This document shows, in pieces, positions 8,683 to 15,414 of a stretch of DNA of 15,414 nucleotides. Origin of the DNA: Candidatus Methylomirabilia bacterium (GTDB lineage Bacteria > Methylomirabilota > Methylomirabilia > Rokubacteriales > CSP1-6); contig JBGQHJ010000117.1 of NCBI GenBank assembly GCA_041497895.1, positions 1 through 15,414 of the forward strand, read 5' to 3'. How positions within the stretch are numbered: position 1 is the first letter of the stretch; each line of letters starts with the position of its first letter. Position numbers and translations under genes: made by a program. The notes under the pieces were generated by a model. That model had not been told where the DNA came from. It saw only the letters and a list, made by a program, of their open reading frames with translations, and made no database searches.

Positions 8683-9810
8683 ATGGCACTCCGCCTGGCC
8701 GCCGCGTGCCTGATGGGCTGGGCCGCCACCACCAACTACACCAACCACGCGGCGGTGATCCCGCTCCTGATGGCGGAGCTCCACTTCGGGCCCGTCCAGG
8801 CCGGCCTGCTCTCGACCGCCTTCTTCGTCACCCTCGCGGTCGCGTGCGTGCCCGCCGGCATGCTGAGCGACCGTCTCGGGCCCACCGGCGTGGGCACCGC
8901 CGGGCTCGTCGCGGTGTTCGCGAGCAATCTGGCGCTGGGGTACGCCCGTGACTTCCCGGACCTCCTGCTCATCAAGGTGGTGGGGGGACTCGGCTGCGGG
9001 CTGGCCTTCGTCGCGGGCATGCGCTACGCGGCGCTGGTCGTGCCGCCGGCGCGCGTGCACCGGGCGCTGGGGCTCTACGGCGGCTTCGTCCAGCTGGGCG
9101 GCGGCACCTCGCTCTACCTGATCCCGCTCCTCGCGAGCCACGTGGGCTGGCGCCGGGCCTTCGTGATCTCCTCCGCGCTGATCGCGCTCGCGACGGTGGG
9201 GTGGCTCGCGCTGGCCCCGGGTGTTCGCCCGGCGCTCGCCGGCGCGCCGCTCACCGAGGCGATACGGAGCGCGAAGGTGTGGACCCTCGGGCTCGTGCAC
9301 ACCGCCACCTTCGGCCTCGCGGTGCTGATCGGCATCTGGGTCACCACCTTCCTGGTCCACGACTTCGGCCTGTCGCTGGTGAGCGCGGGCGCCGCCGGCT
9401 CCGCGATCCTCGCGCTCGGCATGCTCTCGCGTCCGCTCGGTGGCCTCGTGGTCGATCGGGGCCTGCTCGGCGCCCGCGCGGTCATGCGGCTCACGGTGCT
9501 GAGCGGCGCGCTCGGGCTCGCGGCGCTCGCGTGGCCCGGCCGGCCGCTGATGGTGGCCGCCGCCGCCATCGTCGCGCTCGGCGTCGCCTTCAACGCGCCC
9601 TACGCCGCGGTCATGCACACCACCGGGGCGGTGCTGCCGCGCGCGCCGGGGGCGGCGGTGGGGCTCGTGAGCGGCGTCGGCGTGCTCGGCATCTCGATCG
9701 GGGCCCCCGCGGTGGGCGCGCTCTTCGCCGCGACCGGCGGCTTCTCGCTGCCCTTCGGCGCCCTCGCCGCGTTCTCGCTGCTCGTCCTCTGGGTGCTCGG
9801 CTCGCTCTGA
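8683..9810 (+). CDS. Major facilitator superfamily transporter
   Basis: Motif A GMLSDRLG, GWRRAF, RPLGGLVVDR and many hydrophobic helices. Confidence 0.9.
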   Translation: MALRLAAACLMGWAATTNYTNHAAVIPLLMAELHFGPVQAGLLSTAFFVTLAVACVPAGMLSDRLGPTGVGTAGLVAVFASNLALGYARDFPDLLLIKVVGGLGCGLAFVAGMRYAALVVPPARVHRALGLYGGFVQLGGGTSLYLIPLLASHVGWRRAFVISSALIALATVGWLALAPGVRPALAGAPLTEAIRSAKVWTLGLVHTATFGLAVLIGIWVTTFLVHDFGLSLVSAGAAGSAILALGMLSRPLGGLVVDRGLLGARAVMRLTVLSGALGLAALAWPGRPLMVAAAAIVALGVAFNAPYAAVMHTTGAVLPRAPGAAVGLVSGVGVLGISIGAPAVGALFAATGGFSLPFGALAAFSLLVLWVLGSL

Positions 9811-9938
9811 CCGTGGTGAGGGCTGCCCGGGGAACCGGGTCGCCAGCCTGGGAACTTCGTTGCTCCAGTTGACGAATCTTGCCCCGCCCCGGCCGAAGGC
9901 GGCTGGCGCAAGGGCGCGGATTTCCGCTCATGTCTCGG

Positions 9939-9954
9939 TGGCCCGGCTCTTGCT
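9939..9954 (+). promoter_or_regulatory. Sigma54 (-24/-12) promoter
   Basis: TGGCCCG-GCTC-TTGCT matches TGGCACG-N4-TTGCW with one mismatch and exact GG-N10-GC spacing; ends 15 nt before ATG 9970. Confidence 0.7.
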
Positions 9955-9969
9955 CTCGTATCGCTCGTC

Positions 9970-10179
9970 ATGAGCTTCGCCTGCAAGAGCGACCAGCGTT
10001 GCGAACATCCGCTGAAGGACTGCGCCGCGGTCCAGGGGGAGTACTGCCCCGTCTGCCACCACGGCTCGTCCCTGGCCACCCGGCCGCGCCGGTCCACGCT
10101 GGCGGGCCCGCGGAGGGATCAGCGGGGCATGTCCGCCATGCTCCGCGAGATCCGGCAGCGCCGCGGCCGCCGCGACTGA
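9970..10179 (+). CDS. Small Cys/His-rich protein with Arg-rich tail, 69 aa (putative metal-binding)
   Basis: Strong G/C third-position bias, fills the intergenic gap without overlap, five Cys including CPVC, sigma54-type promoter upstream. Confidence 0.7.
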   Translation: MSFACKSDQRCEHPLKDCAAVQGEYCPVCHHGSSLATRPRRSTLAGPRRDQRGMSAMLREIRQRRGRRD

Positions 10180-10192
10180 CCCGGCGGCCCGC

Positions 10193-11011
10193 TCAGCCCT
10201 TCACCCCGCCCGACCCCCACCCCTGCACGAGGTAGCGCTGCACCGCGGCGAAGAAGCAGACCGTGGGCACCGTGATCATCACCCCCGCGGCCATGATCAT
10301 CCCCCAGTCCACGATGGTGGCGTTGAACAGGTCGTTGACCCCGACCGGCAGCGTCTTCAGCTCCTCCGAGGTGATCAGCACCAGGGCGAACAGGAAGTCG
10401 TTCCAGGCCAGGATGAAGGTGAAGATGGCGGCCGCGATCAACCCGGGCAGTGCCAGCGGCAGCACCACGTACCACACCGTCCGGCCCCGCCCGGCCCCGT
10501 CGACCAGCGCCGCCTCCTCCAGCTCGAGCGGGATCGACTGGAAAAACGCCCGCAGCACCCAGAGGCAGAAGGGCAGGCAGAAGGTGGTGTAGGACAGCAC
10601 CAGGGCCAGGCGCGTGTTCACGATCCCGAGCTGCTTCACCAGGATGTAGAACGGGATGATGATCATGATCGGCGCGAACATGTAGGTGAGCAGGATCAGG
10701 CCCGCCACCGCCTCGCGCCCGCGGAAGCGGTAGCGGGTGAGGGAATAGGCCCCCAGCGAGGAGACCGCGAGCGTGAGCAGGACGGTGGCGCCCGCCACCG
10801 TCACGCTGTTGCGGAAGAACACCAGGAAGCTCGTGTCCGCGAACAGCCGCTGGAAGTTCTCCAGGGTCGGGTGGAGCGGCACGAAGCGCGGCGGGGTGGC
10901 GAAGATCTCCCCGGAGGGCTTGAGCGCGGTGGAGAGCATCCAGAAGAGCGGGAAGGCCGCCGCGAGCAGCAGGACCGCGCCGGCCGCGTAGAGCGCCGCC
11001 GCGCGCCTCAC
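10193..11011 (-). CDS. Carbohydrate ABC permease (MalG/UgpE-like)
   Basis: FRNS, IPLELEEAALVDGA (EAA motif), FILAWNDF, VQGWGSGGVKG; GTG 11011 overlaps the upstream stop (GTGA). Confidence 0.9.
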   Translation of the reverse strand: MRRAAALYAAGAVLLLAAAFPLFWMLSTALKPSGEIFATPPRFVPLHPTLENFQRLFADTSFLVFFRNSVTVAGATVLLTLAVSSLGAYSLTRYRFRGREAVAGLILLTYMFAPIMIIIPFYILVKQLGIVNTRLALVLSYTTFCLPFCLWVLRAFFQSIPLELEEAALVDGAGRGRTVWYVVLPLALPGLIAAAIFTFILAWNDFLFALVLITSEELKTLPVGVNDLFNATIVDWGMIMAAGVMITVPTVCFFAAVQRYLVQGWGSGGVKG

Positions 11012-11883
11012 GAGAAGACCTCCTCGGTGCGGAACACGCGAAAGTACACCCCGGTCGCGGCCAGCAGCATCGCGAACATGATCACCGCCAGCGCGGCGCC
11101 CATGCCGGCCTGCAGGTAGGTGAAGCTGCGCGCGTAGGCGTAGACCGGCAGGGTGCGGATGTAGCGGCTCACCCCGCCTTCGCCGGCCAGCAGCCAGACC
11201 GTGTCGAACTTGGTGAACATCCAGATGCTCCGCAGCAGCACGATGACGAAGAGCACGCTCGCGGTCTGGGGCAGGGTCACGTGGAGGAACCGGCGCCAGG
11301 CGGAGGCGCCGTCGACGGTGGCCGCCTCGTAGAGCTCGGGAGCGATGGTCTGGAGGCGCGCCAGGTAGGTCACCACCACGAACGGGAAGAACTGCCACAC
11401 GCTGGTGACGATCAGCGCGGTCATGATGTAGTCGGGACCGAGCCAGGCCACCGGGGCCCGTACCACGCCCGCGCTCGTGAGGAGGTAGTTGACCAGGCCG
11501 TAGGAGTCGTTGAGCAGCCACTTCCACAGGATGACCGCCACGATGGTGGGGATCATGTAGGGGAAGAGCACGAACCCGCGCAGGAGGTTGCGCCCCCGGA
11601 AGGCCTCGTTCAGCAGCAGCGCCGCGGGCACGCCCACGCCGAGCTGGAGGACCATGGTGGCGCCCGCGTAGACGCTGCCGTAGTAGAAGCTGGTCCAGAA
11701 CTCGGGGTCGCTCGCGAAGTAGCGGTAGTGCCGGAGGCCGACGAAGCTCTGCACCGGCATGAAGGCGTGCTTGTCGAACAGGCTGAGCCAGACGTTGTAG
11801 AGAACCGGGAAGACGACCAGCCCGCCCAGGAGCAGGAGCGACGGGGCGAGGAGGAGCCAGCCGACGAGCGCGCTCTTCCTCAC
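11008..11883 (-). CDS. Carbohydrate ABC permease (MalF/UgpA-like)
   Basis: FVGLRHY, WKWLLN..YGLVN, ELYEAATVDGAS.WRRFLHVTLP. Confidence 0.92.
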   Translation of the reverse strand: MRKSALVGWLLLAPSLLLLGGLVVFPVLYNVWLSLFDKHAFMPVQSFVGLRHYRYFASDPEFWTSFYYGSVYAGATMVLQLGVGVPAALLLNEAFRGRNLLRGFVLFPYMIPTIVAVILWKWLLNDSYGLVNYLLTSAGVVRAPVAWLGPDYIMTALIVTSVWQFFPFVVVTYLARLQTIAPELYEAATVDGASAWRRFLHVTLPQTASVLFVIVLLRSIWMFTKFDTVWLLAGEGGVSRYIRTLPVYAYARSFTYLQAGMGAALAVIMFAMLLAATGVYFRVFRTEEVFS

Positions 11884-11905
11884 TCGCCCCGCCCGGAACC
11901 CCCGG

Positions 11906-13282
11906 CTACGACCAGCGCTTGTGACCGAGCTGGGCGAGCAGCTCCTCGGCGCGCTTCTGCGCGCGATCGGCCTCCGCCTTCGGGTTCTTGCCCCCCACCA
12001 TGACCTCCACCACCATGTCGGCCACGATGCTCGAGCCGTCGAGCTCGGCGAGGAACGGCAGCAGGTTGTCCTCCGGCCGCGTGAAGCCCAGCGGCAGGAA
12101 GCGGCTGCTCCGGAGGCCGGTCAGCATCACGTCGTGCCAGGCCCTCCACTTCTTGATGCGCTCGTTGGCGAGGTAGGCCGGGTCGCCGAGCATGGACGTG
12201 AAGATCGGGGAGAGGTGGATCGGCACCGAGTGGCAGTACTGGAGATAGTGCTCCTTCTTGTAGAAGAGCCGCAGGAACTCGAAGGCCTCGTTCGGGTACT
12301 TCGACTGGCTGAAGACCGCCCAGTTCTCCCCGTCGAGCGCGGAGATGCCGACCTTGCCCGACGGCCCGTGCGGCCGCAGCATCGGCATGAAGTGCTCCGG
12401 GTCGCGCATGCCCTCGGGGGCGTACTTCTCGATGTAGCCGATCGCGCGCGCGCCGGAGAGATAGCTCATCGCGATCTTGCCGGTGGCGAGCGCGGCCTGG
12501 GTGTCGAGGTACTTCTGGCCCGACCAGCCCTGCGACTGGAACTTGTTCAGCTTCTGAAGATAGTCGAGCGTCTCCAGCATCGACTTGCCGTTGAGCTGCG
12601 GCCGCCACGTCTTGGCGTCGACCCAGGAGCCGCCGTTGCCGGCCAGCCACTCCGCCGGGTGGATGAAGCCCATGTAGAGCTTCTCGCCCGGCATCTGGAA
12701 GGCGTAGCGGCCGCCCTCGGTGAGGGCGGCGGCCAGCTTGAGCATGTCGTCGTAGGTCTCCGGGGTCTTGAGCCCCTTCTTCTCGCGCAGGTCCCGGCGC
12801 TCGCAGAAGTAGGTCGCGCCCATCGCGTGGGTGATCCCGTAGTACTTGCCGTCGAAGTACTGGAGCTTCCGGGTCGCCTCGTGGATATCGCTCTCGCCGA
12901 GCGCGCGGATCAGCTCGTCCATCGGGCGCAGCAGGTTCTTGGTGTAGAGCGACGCGGTCATGAACGGGTTGAGGTGGGTGAGGTCCGGCGGGCTGCCCGC
13001 GGCCAGCGCGGCCAGGAGCTTGGTGTTGAGGTCGCCCCAGCCGAGAGCCTGCTGGCGCACCTTGAAGCCCGGGAACTTCTTCTCGAACTCGGCGATGCTC
13101 GTGTCCTGGATGACCTTGACCGTCTGGGGCTCGACCTCGGTGTGCCAGACCTGCAGCTCGCGCACCTGCTGGCCGATCACCGCGGGGGCGTGGCCGAAGG
13201 TGGCCGCGCCGACCGCCGCGCCGGTGCCGGCCAGGAAACGACGGCGGGAGATGCGGGACGACGATGTGGGCGTGTGAGCCAT
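11906..13282 (-). CDS. Carbohydrate-family extracellular solute-binding protein with Tat signal
   Basis: SRRRFL twin-arginine motif, AAGSPPDL, DGKYYG, PETYDDML; AAGGAG SD; upstream of two permeases. Confidence 0.9.
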   Translation of the reverse strand: MAHTPTSSSRISRRRFLAGTGAAVGAATFGHAPAVIGQQVRELQVWHTEVEPQTVKVIQDTSIAEFEKKFPGFKVRQQALGWGDLNTKLLAALAAGSPPDLTHLNPFMTASLYTKNLLRPMDELIRALGESDIHEATRKLQYFDGKYYGITHAMGATYFCERRDLREKKGLKTPETYDDMLKLAAALTEGGRYAFQMPGEKLYMGFIHPAEWLAGNGGSWVDAKTWRPQLNGKSMLETLDYLQKLNKFQSQGWSGQKYLDTQAALATGKIAMSYLSGARAIGYIEKYAPEGMRDPEHFMPMLRPHGPSGKVGISALDGENWAVFSQSKYPNEAFEFLRLFYKKEHYLQYCHSVPIHLSPIFTSMLGDPAYLANERIKKWRAWHDVMLTGLRSSRFLPLGFTRPEDNLLPFLAELDGSSIVADMVVEVMVGGKNPKAEADRAQKRAEELLAQLGHKRWS

Positions 13283-13349
13283 GGCGCCGCTCCTTCCGTG
13301 GTGCCTCGGTTGGCCTCCGAACGTGCCGGGTCCGCCCCGACCGCCGCCG

Positions 13350-13377
13350 AGTCTACGCGGGCCCGGCCCGGTGTCAA
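13350..13377 (-). promoter_or_regulatory. Sigma70-type promoter for the carbohydrate ABC cluster
   Basis: TTGACA, 16-bp spacer, TAGACT on the minus strand. Confidence 0.6.
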
Positions 13378-13456
13378 CGTCTTCGTGCCGGGCCGCCTTC
13401 CGGGCGGTGGTAGCATGAGGGCGATGTCAATCCAATCGAGCGGAAAGGGGTCCGTC

Positions 13457-13720
13457 ATGACGCGGAAACTTCGCTGGCTGTGGGTCACTCCGGCGTTCCT
13501 CATGGTCGTGAGCCTGGGCGCGGGCGCGGCCGTCGCCGCCGACAAGACCAAGGTGGACGACGCGACCAAGCAGGTGGAGCAGGGCGCCAAGCAGATCGGG
13601 CAGGGCAGCGTAGGCCCGGGCTTCGTGGGCCTCTTCAAGGGCATCGGCAACACGATCGTGGAGGGCGCGAAGTTCAGCGGCGAGACGATCGGGGAGTTCT
13701 TCAGCAAGAAGTCGAGCTAG
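13457..13720 (+). CDS. Small secreted hypothetical protein, 87 aa
   Basis: C-terminal part of ORF 11921..13720; GAAAGGGG SD, signal peptide MTRKLRW...AAVAA, Gly-rich mature part; TG-G-TAGCAT at 13408-13416. Confidence 0.8.
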   Translation: MTRKLRWLWVTPAFLMVVSLGAGAAVAADKTKVDDATKQVEQGAKQIGQGSVGPGFVGLFKGIGNTIVEGAKFSGETIGEFFSKKSS

Positions 13721-13740
13721 CCGGGCCGCCCCGGCCCGGC
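13720..13740. terminator. GC hairpin between convergent genes (no U tract)
   Basis: GCCGGGCCG-CCC-CGGCCCGGC, 9-bp perfect stem. Confidence 0.4.
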
Positions 13741-13744
13741 GGGG

Positions 13745-14050
13745 CTACCGCGGTGGGGCGCCACCCGGACGGCAGGTGTAGGTGAGCCACCAGCCGAGCG
13801 GGTCCTTGATCCGCACCGTCTCGGCGCCCACCGCGGTGACGCCCTTGCGGCGGTACCGCGCGACGATCTCGCGCCGCATCGCGCGGCAGCCCCGCTCGCC
13901 CTCGTAGCTCCCGACCGGGGTCCAGGTGTCGTTGAACTCGCCGCTCGTCTGCCCCTCCTTCTTCTCCCACAGGGTCCAGGTCTCGGCTCCCGAGGCGGGA
14001 CGGGTCAGGGCCAGGAGGAGGGCCGCGAGCGCGACGAGCCGGAGGGTCAT
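13745..14050 (-). CDS. Small secreted hypothetical protein with two Cys, 101 aa
   Basis: C-terminal part of ORF 13745..14776; GGAGAGG SD, signal peptide MTLRLVALAALLLALTRPASGA, WTLW...C...C; TACATT -10 at 14072-14077; alternative ATG at 14062. Confidence 0.75.
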   Translation of the reverse strand: MTLRLVALAALLLALTRPASGAETWTLWEKKEGQTSGEFNDTWTPVGSYEGERGCRAMRREIVARYRRKGVTAVGAETVRIKDPLGWWLTYTCRPGGAPPR

Positions 14051-14167
14051 GCACCTCTCCATGCTCCTCTCAATGTAGCCTGCCGGGGATTTACCGCCCC
14101 GGTCGTTCGGCGGCCGCGCTCCGCCCTTGACAGGGCGCGGGTTTCGCACCATCGTCGGCCGCAGCGG

Positions 14168-14848
14168 ATGTCGACCAAGGGTCGCCGGAGTGGCCGCGTC
14201 TTCCTGCCGCATCGCATCCTGCGATCGCGCCCCCGGCTGTTCTCCTCGGCCGGGCTGGGCATCGTGGTCACCACCGTCCTCGCCGTGTCGACCACCTGGC
14301 CGCCCGCGTCGCGGCTGCTCGTGGGCTGGAACGTGGCGGTCGCGGTGTATCTGGTCCTCGTCTTCGAGATGATGGCCGGCTCCCGGGTCCGCGACATCCG
14401 CCGGCGCGCCGCGGAGCAGGACGAGGGGCAGCTCACCATCCTGGTGCTGACGGTGGCCGCCGGGCTCGCGAGCTTCGCGGCGATCCAGGCCGAGCTCGCC
14501 TCCGGGAGCGGGGGACGGCGGCCGGGCCAGCTCGCGCTCGCTTCCCTCACGATCCTGCTCTCGTGGGCGTTCATCCACACCATGTTTGCCCTGCACTACG
14601 CTCACGAGTTCTACGGCGACCGCGCGAGCCCGGCCGGGGGCATGGCCTTCCCCGGGGGAGACGAGGAGCCGGACTACTGGGACTTCGTGTACTTCTCGTT
14701 CGTGATCGGCATGACCTCGCAGGTCTCCGACGTGGCGATCACGAACAAGCCGGTGCGCCGCACCGTGACCGCCCACGCGGTGGTCTCGTTCGCCTTCAAC
14801 GTCGCCCTCCTCGCCCTGACCGTCAACATCGCCGCGAGCGCGCTCTGA
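14168..14848 (+). CDS. DUF1345 family membrane protein
   Basis: FALHYAHEFY, FPG.EEPDYWDFVYFSFVIGMTSQVSD, HAVVSFAFN motifs; TTGACA at 14127. Confidence 0.9.
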   Translation: MSTKGRRSGRVFLPHRILRSRPRLFSSAGLGIVVTTVLAVSTTWPPASRLLVGWNVAVAVYLVLVFEMMAGSRVRDIRRRAAEQDEGQLTILVLTVAAGLASFAAIQAELASGSGGRRPGQLALASLTILLSWAFIHTMFALHYAHEFYGDRASPAGGMAFPGGDEEPDYWDFVYFSFVIGMTSQVSDVAITNKPVRRTVTAHAVVSFAFNVALLALTVNIAASAL

Positions 14849-14991
14849 GGGGCCGGACCCCCCGCGGTCATGGTCGGGGCAGCCCCACCGCTTTGGCTAT
14901 CTGCTTGATGTAACGGGAGTGGGTAGGCCCTGACCCGAATCCCCGCTCGGTGACCGGAGGAAGCGTCCGGCTTCGGAAATCCCTGGTGTTC

Positions 14992-15060
14992 CGCGAGGTC
15001 AGCCCCGGCTTCCTTGGGTTCATAACCCAAAGGTCGCTGGTTCAAATCCAGCCCGTGCAT
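14992..15060 (+). pseudogene. Degenerate initiator tRNA-Met(CAT) copy or att-site relic
   Basis: Intact anticodon arm TTGGG-TTCATAA-CCCAA (15014-15030), variable loop AGGTC, T arm GCTGG-TTCAAAT-CCAGC (15036-15052); shortened D region, imperfect acceptor stem, no CCA. Confidence 0.75.
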
Positions 15061-15085
15061 CGCCTAGTGGGGGTCATGCCCCGGT

Positions 15086-15414
15086 TCACGGGCCCAGGTG
15101 GCGCTGGAGAAATGCCACCGTGTCCCCGGTGGATGTGGTCCGGGTGGTGGCGTCGTACGCCATCGTGTAGCCCGGCCCCGCGGCTACGCACGCGGCGAGC
15201 GCATCCGGGTCGAGCGGCTGCGCGCGCCCGTCCACGAGCACGGTGGGCGCCCCGCGGCCGAACAGGATGACGGGGCACTTCCGCGTGCTGAGGTACTGCG
15301 CGTAGAAGCGCGGGGCGCCCAGGGTGGGCACCGTCCAGGCGTGGAACGCGCCGGGGTAGACCACCGTCGTGATCGGCGCCGGATGGCCCGCTCCGCTCGC
15401 GTACGCGAGATAGC
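15086..15414 (-). CDS. Dienelactone hydrolase-family alpha/beta hydrolase, C-terminal part (starts beyond right edge)
   Basis: Frame open to the window edge; ITTVVYPGAFHAW catalytic-His motif and terminal YD...AFLQRHL helix. Confidence 0.8.
   Translation of the reverse strand, partial: YLAYASGAGHPAPITTVVYPGAFHAWTVPTLGAPRFYAQYLSTRKCPVILFGRGAPTVLVDGRAQPLDPDALAACVAAGPGYTMAYDATTRTTSTGDTVAFLQRHLGP

Noticed and set aside
11012..11527. N-terminal extension making a 444-aa permease
   Set aside because: Out-of-frame overlap with the upstream permease; GTGA coupling supports 11011.
11921..13456. 599-aa ORF as one protein
   Set aside because: Mostly antisense to the solute-binding gene; only the last 87 codons have SD and signal peptide.
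14992..15064. Functional canonical tRNA-Met
   Set aside because: D arm too short and lacks a normal GG-containing loop, internal A:G acceptor mismatch, atypical discriminator and no CCA.
14674..15278. ORFs 14674..15060, 14950..15270 and 15042..15278
   Set aside because: They translate the tRNA-like sequence or overlap real genes; no independent coding signal.

Overview
GC-rich bacterial chromosomal window of mostly transport and catabolic genes; gene content and style suggest Rokubacteria/Methylomirabilota (inference only). Left to right: start of a Gfo/Idh/MocA-like oxidoreductase (-); a divergent intergenic region with four ATGGGG boxes at exact 31-bp spacing; a SnoaL/NTF2 protein and a SoxB-like FAD oxidoreductase; a CMD/AhpD-like protein; a complete Liv-type ABC operon whose livH seems to start at CTG; a REP/MITE-like 26-bp inverted repeat with a 14-bp tandem duplication; a divergent LarA-superfamily protein opposite an MFS transporter; a sigma54-type promoter before a 69-aa Cys/His-rich ORF; a carbohydrate ABC cluster with no ATPase; two small convergent secreted proteins; a DUF1345 protein; a degenerate initiator tRNA-Met copy; and the end of a dienelactone hydrolase-like gene. 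No CRISPR, transposase, integrase or defence system was seen, and no single novel multi-gene system is demonstrated. All family calls are by eye, without database searches.
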